A stretch of 64,000 bases of DNA from an uncultured Alphaproteobacteria bacterium (GTDB taxonomy: Bacteria > Pseudomonadota > Alphaproteobacteria > RF32 > CAG-239), in the NCBI GenBank assembly GCA_934271195.1, contig CAKQRB010000036.1, positions 8,171 through 72,170 of the forward strand. The letters are read 5' to 3'. Positions within the stretch are counted from its first letter, which is position 1. The number at the start of each line of letters is the position of its first letter. A program made the translations under genes and the position numbers. Positions 57,401 through 64,000 of the stretch are shown in pieces. The notes under the pieces are model-generated. The model saw nothing but the letters and a program-made list of their open reading frames with translations. It made no database searches and was not told where the DNA came from.

Positions 57401-57706
57401 CTACCAACTAGATTTTACCAACCCAGGAATTTCACCGAAGCCGGCCATGTCTCTAAGCTCGGAACGGCCCAGACCGAATTTCCTGTAATAACCGCGGGAA
57501 CGGCCTGTAAGTTTGCAACGATTTCTAAAACGAATGCGTGCAGAGTTACGCGGCAGTTCTGCCAATTTAAGAGTCGCTTGGAATCTTTCTTCTGGAGAAA
57601 TAGTCTTGTCCATAACGATATCTTTAAGCTTCTGACGACGGTTAGCAAATTTTGCCGCCATCTTAGCTCTTTTCAGATTTTTAAAAACTGAACTTGTTTT
57701 TGCCAT
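57401..57706 (-). CDS. rpsN: 30S ribosomal protein S14 (long, non-zinc form)
   Basis: The 101-aa ORF ends RNRCKLTGRSRGYYRKFGLGRSELRDMAGFGEIPGLVKSSW. Confidence 0.95.
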   Translation of the reverse strand: MAKTSSVFKNLKRAKMAAKFANRRQKLKDIVMDKTISPEERFQATLKLAELPRNSARIRFRNRCKLTGRSRGYYRKFGLGRSELRDMAGFGEIPGLVKSSW

Positions 57707-57720
57707 AGTAAAATCTCCGT

Positions 57721-58260
57721 CTATTTCTTGCAGGGCAAGTTAAAACCGGTAAGAAGAGCTTTAGCTTCTTCGTCAGTCTTTGCAGTTGTACAAATGACCA
57801 CATCCAAACCGCGAACATTTTCTACTTTGTCGTAGTTAATTTCGGGGAAAATGATCTGTTCTTTAATACCGAAAGCAAAGTTGCCTTTACCATCGAAGTT
57901 TTTACCGGAGATTCCGTGAAAGTCTCTCACACGCGGCAAAGCCATATTAATCAATCTCTCGAGGAACTCATACATTCTATCAGAACGCAGCGTTACCTTA
58001 CAACCAATCGGCATACCTTCTCTCAGCTTAAAAGTCGCAATAGATTTGCGGGCTTTTGTAATAACCGGTTTCTGACCGGCAATCAAGGCCAGCTCATCAG
58101 CTGCATTATTCAGCTTTTTCTTGTCTGTAACGGCATCACCGACGCCCATATTCAAGACAATTTTAGTCAGTTTAGGTATCTCATGTTTGTTCTGGTAACC
58201 GAACTTCTCAACAAGAGATTTTTTTATGACCTCATTATATAACTTTTCAAAATTTGTCAT
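57721..58260 (-). CDS. rplE: 50S ribosomal protein L5
   Basis: The 179-aa ORF contains [15 protein letters not shown] and matches conserved order. Confidence 0.96.
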   Translation of the reverse strand: MTNFEKLYNEVIKKSLVEKFGYQNKHEIPKLTKIVLNMGVGDAVTDKKKLNNAADELALIAGQKPVITKARKSIATFKLREGMPIGCKVTLRSDRMYEFLERLINMALPRVRDFHGISGKNFDGKGNFAFGIKEQIIFPEINYDKVENVRGLDVVICTTAKTDEEAKALLTGFNLPCKK

Positions 58261-58271
58261 AAATTTTTCTC

Positions 58272-58589
58272 CTATTTATCGATTACTTCACCGGATTTAC
58301 GGGCAACACGAACTTTCTTCCCGTTAACTTCTTTATAACCGACTTTGGTAGCCTTTCCAGATTTCGGATCCACCAAAGCCACGTTAGAAACGTTAATCGG
58401 GGCTTCTTTGGTAACAATACCGCCAGGAGTAGTTTGGCTGGGTTTGGTATGTCTTTTAACCAGATTGACACCTTGAACAACCACTTTACCCTCTTTAGGC
58501 ATAGCTTTTACAACTTCACCGTTCTTACCTTTGTCATCGCCTGACAAAATAACAACTTGGTCGCCTTTTTTAATTTTCATTTTAGGCAT
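58272..58589 (-). CDS. rplX: 50S ribosomal protein L24
   Basis: The 105-aa ORF contains [21 protein letters not shown] (KOW motif). Confidence 0.95.
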   Translation of the reverse strand: MPKMKIKKGDQVVILSGDDKGKNGEVVKAMPKEGKVVVQGVNLVKRHTKPSQTTPGGIVTKEAPINVSNVALVDPKSGKATKVGYKEVNGKKVRVARKSGEVIDK

Positions 58590-58957
58590 TATAATACCTC
58601 CGGTGCTAACGAAATAATTTTCATAAATTTCTTTGCGCGCAGCTCTCTGGTAACCGGACCGAAAATACGGGTGCCGATCGGCTCGCCGTCTTTGTTAATG
58701 AGAACTGCCGCGTTCTTGTCAAAACGGATAACGGATCCGTCTTTACGTCTGATGTCGCTGGCTGTACGAACGATAACAGCTTTTTGAACATCACCTTTTT
58801 TTACACGACCCTTGGGGATAGCGTCTTTAACCGACACGACAATTACGTCGCCAACCGTCGCATGCATTCTCTTGGACCCGCCAAGAACTTTAATGCACTG
58901 CACCTGACGTGCGCCGGAATTATCAGCAACATCAAGGGTGGTTTGCATCTGTATCAT
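58589..58957 (-). CDS. rplN: 50S ribosomal protein L14
   Basis: The 122-aa ORF starts [28 protein letters not shown]. Confidence 0.97.
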   Translation of the reverse strand: MIQMQTTLDVADNSGARQVQCIKVLGGSKRMHATVGDVIVVSVKDAIPKGRVKKGDVQKAVIVRTASDIRRKDGSVIRFDKNAAVLINKDGEPIGTRIFGPVTRELRAKKFMKIISLAPEVL

Positions 58958-58975
58958 TTTTTAATTCCTTTTCTC

Positions 58976-59212
58976 TTAGGCGTTATCAACTAATACAGTC
59001 CAAGTTTTTGTCTTAGAAAGCGGTCTGGATTCAATAATCCGGACGGTATCACCGACTTTGAACTGGTTATTTTCGTCATGAGCTGCATATTTTTTGCTTT
59101 TCTTAACGAATTTCTTATAAACGGGATGCATAACCTGACGCTCTACACTGACCACGACAGTTTTATCCTGCTTATCACTGACAACAACACCTTGAAGAAT
59201 TCTTTTAGGCAT
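58976..59212 (-). CDS. rpsQ: 30S ribosomal protein S17
   Basis: The 78-aa ORF contains [20 protein letters not shown]. Confidence 0.95.
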   Translation of the reverse strand: MPKRILQGVVVSDKQDKTVVVSVERQVMHPVYKKFVKKSKKYAAHDENNQFKVGDTVRIIESRPLSKTKTWTVLVDNA

Positions 59213-59223
59213 ATCTTTTTCTC

Positions 59224-59424
59224 CTAACTATTCTTCTTGCGCTCAGCAAGGAGCGTGTTGATTTTTGCTATTTCACGACGGACACTTTTTATTACAGCAG
59301 TATTTTGTAATTGTCCAGTAGATTGTTGAACTCTTAAGTTAAATTGTTCTTTTTTTGCCTCAAGCAATTTATTTTCGAGCTCATTATCACTCATAGCACG
59401 AAGATCTTTTATTTTAGTAACCAT
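59224..59424 (-). CDS. rpmC: 50S ribosomal protein L29
   Basis: The 66-aa ORF contains [26 protein letters not shown]. Confidence 0.93.
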   Translation of the reverse strand: MVTKIKDLRAMSDNELENKLLEAKKEQFNLRVQQSTGQLQNTAVIKSVRREIAKINTLLAERKKNS

Positions 59425-59427
59425 TAA

Positions 59428-59853
59428 TTATTCTCCTTGCTCTGAAGCTAACTTTTTAACAAACTTTGTTTTAATCGGCAGTTTGGCGGCAGCCAAAGCA
59501 AAACCTTCGCGAGCTGTTGCTTCATCAACGCCTTCTGCTTCAAACAAAATCCGTCCCGGTTTAACACGGGCAACCCAGAACTCAACAGAGCCCTTACCTT
59601 TACCCATACGAACCTCGGCAGGCTTATCTGACACGGGGACATCCGGGAAAATTCGGATCCATATTCTTCCGGCTCTCTTCATCGCACGTGTCAGAGCTCT
59701 ACGAGCAGCCTCGATCTGGCGAGCTGTGATACGTTCCGGAGTAAGAGCTTTCAATCCGTATGAACCGAAACTCAATTCTGATCCGCCTTTGGCCAAACCG
59801 TGAATACGGCCTTTGTGCTGTTTGCGGAACTTAATACGTTTTGGACTTAACAT
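59428..59853 (-). CDS. rplP: 50S ribosomal protein L16
   Basis: The 141-aa ORF starts [19 protein letters not shown]. Confidence 0.96.
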   Translation of the reverse strand: MLSPKRIKFRKQHKGRIHGLAKGGSELSFGSYGLKALTPERITARQIEAARRALTRAMKRAGRIWIRIFPDVPVSDKPAEVRMGKGKGSVEFWVARVKPGRILFEAEGVDEATAREGFALAAAKLPIKTKFVKKLASEQGE

Positions 59854-60008
59854 TTATTCTTTACCTTATTTCTATACATTATGCAGAGGTTTTAGGGTGA
59901 CAGATAGAGTAGAAAAGAACTGAGAAAAAATTTTAGTGTACAAAAAGGTACATGAATTTTTTTGATAGTGAATTTTCTGCTCTAGATGCGCCATAAAACC
60001 CTTCATAA

Positions 60009-60677
60009 TTATTTTTGTTCAGCCAACTTCTTATCCTGCGCCATAGGATCATGAGCCATAATCTCACCTTTATAGATCCATACTTTAACGCCGCAAGCAC
60101 CATAAGTTGTGTGAGCCGTAGAGGTAGCATAATCAATGTCAGCACGCAATGTGTGCAAAGGAACACGACCTTCACGATAATACTCGGTTCTGGCAATTTC
60201 GGCACCGCCGAGACGGCCGGAACAGCTGACTTTAATACCTTCAGCACCCAAACGCAAGGCAGACTGCATAACGCGTTTCATAGCGCGGCGGAAAGCAACG
60301 CGGCGTTCCAACTGCTGAGCAACGCTGTCTGCTACGAGTTGAGCATCAAGCTCCGGTTTTCTGACTTCCAGAATGTTCAACTGAACTTCGGCATCAGTCA
60401 TTTTCTGAATTTGAGATCTCAGAATTTCAATATCCTGACCCTTTTTGCCAATTACAACACCCGGTCTTGCAGAGTGAATTGTAACTCTGGCCTTTTTGGC
60501 AGGACGTTCAATAACAATCTTGCTTACACCGGCCTGAGCCAATTTCTCTTTCAAGAATTCTTTAATTTTCAAATCTTCGTGCAAATAATCAGCATACTTT
60601 TCATCAGCATACCAGCGAGAGTCCCAAGTACGGTTAACTCCCAAACGAAGACTTGTAGGATTAACTTTTTGTCCCAT
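60009..60677 (-). CDS. rpsC: 30S ribosomal protein S3
   Basis: I place the start at [13 protein letters not shown], an internal ATG 4 nt after the rplV stop. The ORF-track extension uses an upstream TTG that lies inside rplV. Confidence 0.95.
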   Translation of the reverse strand: MGQKVNPTSLRLGVNRTWDSRWYADEKYADYLHEDLKIKEFLKEKLAQAGVSKIVIERPAKKARVTIHSARPGVVIGKKGQDIEILRSQIQKMTDAEVQLNILEVRKPELDAQLVADSVAQQLERRVAFRRAMKRVMQSALRLGAEGIKVSCSGRLGGAEIARTEYYREGRVPLHTLRADIDYATSTAHTTYGACGVKVWIYKGEIMAHDPMAQDKKLAEQK

Positions 60678-60681
60678 TAAC

Positions 60682-61056
60682 TTACTCCCCACGCTCGGAA
60701 ACGACAATGGTCAGATTAGAGAAGGGTTTCAAAACTCTGGCTCCTCTGCCGCGACCTCTGGCGTGCATACGTTTCATTACTAAACCTTTGCCAACATAAG
60801 CTTCTTTAACAAAAAGCTTATCAATGTTCAATTGGTGATTATTTTCAGCATTGGCGATTGCAGATTGCAGAACAGCCAAAGCGGTTTTAGCGATTCTCTT
60901 CTTGGAAAAGCTCAGCTCGGCAACAGCCTTGGAAGCATTCAAACCACGAATTGATTGGGCAACGAGGTTCAGTTTCTGGGCACTGGAGCGAATAGAGCTG
61001 CAATAAGCCATAGCTTCATTAGCGGCTACTCTTCTGGCGTCTTTAGTTTTTCCCAT
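60682..61056 (-). CDS. rplV: 50S ribosomal protein L22
   Basis: The 124-aa ORF contains [14 protein letters not shown] and [17 protein letters not shown]. Confidence 0.95.
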   Translation of the reverse strand: MGKTKDARRVAANEAMAYCSSIRSSAQKLNLVAQSIRGLNASKAVAELSFSKKRIAKTALAVLQSAIANAENNHQLNIDKLFVKEAYVGKGLVMKRMHARGRGRGARVLKPFSNLTIVVSERGE

Positions 61057-61058
61057 AA

Positions 61059-61337
61059 TTAACCTCTCTTAGCTTTCTTATCTGCTGCGTGGCCGTAGAA
61101 TGTACGGGTCGGAGCAAATTCACCAAATTTATGACCAACCATATCCTCAGTAACCAAAACCGGAATAAATTTGTGGCCGTTATAAACCCCGAAGGTCAGA
61201 CCGACAAACTGCGGCAGCATCGTTGATCTGCGCGACCAGATTTTAATCACTTCATTACGAGTAGTTGCTCTAGCTTTTTCAGCTTTTTTGAGAAGATAGC
61301 CATCAACAAACGGCCCTTTCCATACGGAACGTGTCAT
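61059..61337 (-). CDS. rpsS: 30S ribosomal protein S19
   Basis: The 92-aa ORF starts [18 protein letters not shown] and contains [12 protein letters not shown]. Confidence 0.96.
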   Translation of the reverse strand: MTRSVWKGPFVDGYLLKKAEKARATTRNEVIKIWSRRSTMLPQFVGLTFGVYNGHKFIPVLVTEDMVGHKFGEFAPTRTFYGHAADKKAKRG

Positions 61338-61349
61338 TAGCGTTTCTCC

Positions 61350-62186
61350 CTATTTCTTTTTGTTTTCATGACGAGTTCTCATAATGAACTTATCAGTCTT
61401 TTTGTTAGTACGAGTCTTAGCACCCTTAGTCGGCTTACCCCAAGGAGTAACAGGATGGCGACCGCCGGAAGTACGACCTTCACCACCACCGTGCGGGTGA
61501 TCAACCGGGTTCATAGCCACACCACGGGAAACCGGACGTTTGCCGATCCAGCGTGTACGGCCTGCTTTACCGAGAGACTTGTTCTGGTTATCGGGGTTAG
61601 AAACAGCACCGACGGTAGCCAGACATTCTTCACGGACAATCCTCAGCTCACCGGATCCCAGTTTCAACTGGGCGTAGCCGGCATCTTTACCAACCAGCTG
61701 GGCATAGCAACCGGCAGAACGAACCAACTGTCCGCCCTTGCCTGCTTTGAGCTCAATATTGTGAATAATTGTACCAACCGGCATATTCTTCAAAGGCATA
61801 GCGTTACCGGGTTTGATATCAGCCTTATCAGAAGATACGACTTTATCACCGGCTTTTAATCTCTGCGGAGCGAGAATATAAGATTTTGTACCGTCCGTAT
61901 AGCTGATCAAAGCAATAAAAGCAGAACGGTTCGGATCATATTCAATTCTCTCGACAGTTGCCTCACAATCAAATTTATTACGTTTGAAGTCGATAATACG
62001 AAGTTTGCGTTTATGACCGCCACCGATTCTGCGACTTGTTACGTGTCCGAAATTGTCACGCCCGCCTGACTTAGTCAAACCAACAGTCAGGTTTTTTTCC
62101 GGAGCGCCCTTGTAGAGCTCGCTTCTGTCAACAATAACAAGCTGACGAAGTCCCGGAGATGTAGGCTTATATTTTTTCAATGCCAT
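61350..62186 (-). CDS. rplB: 50S ribosomal protein L2
   Basis: The 278-aa ORF contains [28 protein letters not shown]. Confidence 0.97.
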   Translation of the reverse strand: MALKKYKPTSPGLRQLVIVDRSELYKGAPEKNLTVGLTKSGGRDNFGHVTSRRIGGGHKRKLRIIDFKRNKFDCEATVERIEYDPNRSAFIALISYTDGTKSYILAPQRLKAGDKVVSSDKADIKPGNAMPLKNMPVGTIIHNIELKAGKGGQLVRSAGCYAQLVGKDAGYAQLKLGSGELRIVREECLATVGAVSNPDNQNKSLGKAGRTRWIGKRPVSRGVAMNPVDHPHGGGEGRTSGGRHPVTPWGKPTKGAKTRTNKKTDKFIMRTRHENKKK

Positions 62187-62189
62187 GTT

Positions 62190-62510
62190 TTAAATTCCTG
62201 TTGTAACATCAATATTTTGGCCTTCAGCCAGAGTAACGGCGGCCTTTTTATAGTCAGAACGCTGACCGATATAACCCTTAAAACGTTTCTCCTTGCCGAA
62301 CTGGCGAATAGTATTGACTTTGTTTACTTTCACATTAAAGATTGCTTCAACGGCAGCCTTAACTTCGTCTTTGGTTGCGCTCAGCGGAACCAAAAAAGTT
62401 ACTTTACCGGCTTCCGATGCAATCATCGATTTTTCTGTGATTACCGGACGGATCAATGTATCATACATTTTTGCAGTTACGGTATTGTTTGTTTTCTTAG
62501 ATTTTATCAT
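62190..62510 (-). CDS. rplW: 50S ribosomal protein L23
   Basis: The 106-aa ORF contains [13 protein letters not shown]. The true start may be the internal MYDTL. The longer form overlaps rplD by ATGA. Confidence 0.93.
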   Translation of the reverse strand: MIKSKKTNNTVTAKMYDTLIRPVITEKSMIASEAGKVTFLVPLSATKDEVKAAVEAIFNVKVNKVNTIRQFGKEKRFKGYIGQRSDYKKAAVTLAEGQNIDVTTGI

Positions 62511-63139
62511 TTCAATCTATCCTCCAAGCAAGCAACTGCATCTTTGGTCAAGACCAGTTTGTCTTTTCTCAAGATGTCGTATACATTAGCGCCGACCGTC
62601 GGCAAAACATCGACTCCAATAATATTTCTGGATGCCAATGCAAAATTAGTATCAACCTCTTTGCCGTCGATAAACAAGCAGTTCTTCAACCCGCAGCTAT
62701 TAAGTTTGCCAAGCAAATCTTTAGTTTTCGGGGCTGACAATTTTGCTTCATCAACAACAACCAGATTGCCCTCTTTGGCTTTAGCCGAAAGAGCGGTTTT
62801 CAAACCAAGTTTTCTAAACTTCTTGGTCAGTTCATGCGAATGGTCACGAACAACCGGACCAAAAACAACGCCACCTTTTCTAAACTGAGTTCCTTTGTAA
62901 GAACCTTGACGGGCACGTCCGCCGCCTTTCTGTTTGAAAGGTTTGGAACCGGTCAAAGCAACTTCGGAACGGCCTTTAGTTTTGTGGTTGCCGCACTGCA
63001 GTCTGGCCAGCTGCCAAACAACAACGCGATGCAAAATATCGGCGCGAACTTCCAAGCCGAAAATCGACTCGTTCAGCTCAATCTGGCCGACACTTTTATT
63101 AGTATCTAAACTTAAGATGTCCTGTTTCATATTTTTCAA
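62507..63139 (-). CDS. rplD: 50S ribosomal protein L4
   Basis: The 210-aa ORF contains [30 protein letters not shown]. Confidence 0.95.
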   Translation of the reverse strand: MKNMKQDILSLDTNKSVGQIELNESIFGLEVRADILHRVVVWQLARLQCGNHKTKGRSEVALTGSKPFKQKGGGRARQGSYKGTQFRKGGVVFGPVVRDHSHELTKKFRKLGLKTALSAKAKEGNLVVVDEAKLSAPKTKDLLGKLNSCGLKNCLFIDGKEVDTNFALASRNIIGVDVLPTVGANVYDILRKDKLVLTKDAVACLEDRLK

Positions 63140-63149
63140 TCCTTATCGC

Positions 63150-63872
63150 TTATGCATTTTCAGCCGGAGTTTCAGCCTGAGCTGCAACAGGTTCATCAAC
63201 TTTTTTCAATCCTGCAGGCATCGGCAGTTCAACCTTGCTCGGGATTTTAATGGCATCGGTAACATATACCCAGGCATTTTCACCGCCGGGCACGCCGCCC
63301 TTAACCATCAGCAATCCTCTGGCAGCATCAGTGGCAACAACCTTCAGATTTTGAACGGTTACACGCTCATCACCGAGATGTCCGGCCATTTTTTTGCCTT
63401 TGAATACCTTACCAGGATCCTGTCTTTGTCCTGTAGAACCATGAGAACGGTGAGAAATAGAGACACCGTGGGTAGCTTCCAAACCGGCAAAGTTGTGGCG
63501 TTTCATAACGCCGGCAAAACCCTTACCTTTGGAGGTGCTGCATACATCAACATATTGACCGGCAACAAAATGTTCTACAGATAATTCATCGCCTACAGAA
63601 AGCAGACAATCTTCAGAAACTCTGAACTCTGCCAGTTTTTTCTTAGGCTCAACGTTAGCTTTGGCAAAATGCCCTTTCAGAGGTTTGGATACATTTTTAG
63701 CCTTGATGGCGCCTGTACCGAGTTGTACAGCTGTATATCCATCTCTATCGAGAGTTTTAACGTCAACGACTTTCAAATCTTCAACGCTGAGAACGGTAAC
63801 GGGAACATGAGTTCCGTCACTCTCGAATATACGAGACATTCCAAGCTTTTTTGCGATTAGACCCGTACGCAT
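63150..63872 (-). CDS. rplC: 50S ribosomal protein L3
   Basis: The 240-aa ORF starts [16 protein letters not shown] and contains [16 protein letters not shown]. Confidence 0.96.
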   Translation of the reverse strand: MRTGLIAKKLGMSRIFESDGTHVPVTVLSVEDLKVVDVKTLDRDGYTAVQLGTGAIKAKNVSKPLKGHFAKANVEPKKKLAEFRVSEDCLLSVGDELSVEHFVAGQYVDVCSTSKGKGFAGVMKRHNFAGLEATHGVSISHRSHGSTGQRQDPGKVFKGKKMAGHLGDERVTVQNLKVVATDAARGLLMVKGGVPGGENAWVYVTDAIKIPSKVELPMPAGLKKVDEPVAAQAETPAENA

Positions 63873-63939
63873 TATTATATTTTTCCTTTTCTTAATAGGT
63901 TGACCTCTTAAAATCTAAAAAGCCAACATTAATTTATAA

Positions 63940-64000
63940 CTATAATTTGATCTCAACATTAACACCGGCAGCCAGATCCAGCTTCATCAAAGCATCTACG
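63940..64000 (-). CDS. rpsJ: 30S ribosomal protein S10, 3' end only (runs off the window)
   Basis: The minus-strand frame reads ...VDALMKLDLAAGVNVEIKL then TAG (63940-42), matching the conserved S10 C-terminus. Position upstream of rplC fits. Confidence 0.85.
   Translation of the reverse strand, partial: VDALMKLDLAAGVNVEIKL

Noticed and set aside
1-64000. Alternative genetic code (TAG or TGA reassigned), suggested by the in-frame TAG in secY and the two TGAs at Gly positions in the csp-like frame
   Set aside because: All three stop codons end well-conserved proteins at their expected C-termini in this window. TAG ends serS, rpsJ and the 122-aa ORF. TGA ends uvrB and the 1044-aa gene. TAA ends most of the others. 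The csp frame also lacks a start codon and has other degenerated motifs.

Overview
This is a 64-kb window from a moderately AT-rich bacterium. CDS ranges below include the stop codon. Several signatures point to an alphaproteobacterium: a GAAC-N7-GAAC SOS box in front of umuDC, an hflK-hflC-degP block, a fliL-fliM-motE-like cluster, and an S10/spc/alpha ribosomal cluster with no map/infA/rpmJ between adk and rpsM. TAA, TAG and TGA all terminate well-conserved genes, so the genetic code is standard.

Contents, left to right:
- 0.3-7.8 kb (minus): a co-directional string serS / HAD hydrolase / Memo-AMMECR1 fusion / HExxH hydrolase / sdaA, followed by two small envelope genes.
- 8.0-12.5 kb (minus): an uncharacterised three-gene cluster built around a ~950-aa protein with a type IV prepilin-like leader.
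- 12.8-18.7 kb (plus): fliL, fliM, two accessory genes and a 1044-aa periplasmic TPR-like protein. The last of these is translationally coupled to uvrB.
- 20.7-37.2 kb: housekeeping genes (dsbA-like, DUF47-PiT, mrp, hflKC, degP, holC, galU, a 1410-aa AsmA-family protein, and cdd-punA-deoC-deoA).
- 37.3-43.7 kb (minus): two giant paralogous proteins of unknown family with Gly/Ala-rich hydrophobic hairpins.
- 44-48.2 kb: an S66 LD-carboxypeptidase, SOS-boxed umuDC, and a short NhaP2-like antiporter.
- 48.2-49.1 kb: a decayed non-coding stretch holding a cold-shock-protein pseudogene and a ~300-nt hairpin-rich segment bracketed by strong terminators.
- 49.1-64 kb (minus): rplQ back to the 3' end of rpsJ.

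The ribosomal cluster is atypical in two ways. rplO and secY are separated by ~0.9 kb carrying two terminators and a tiny membrane ORF, and secY itself has an in-frame TAG.

The best candidates for undescribed biology are the giant paralog pair and the prepilin-leader giant-protein cluster. Both calls rest on motif reading by eye. No database search, structure prediction or RNA folding could be run. I found no tRNA, rRNA, CRISPR array or intact mobile element.
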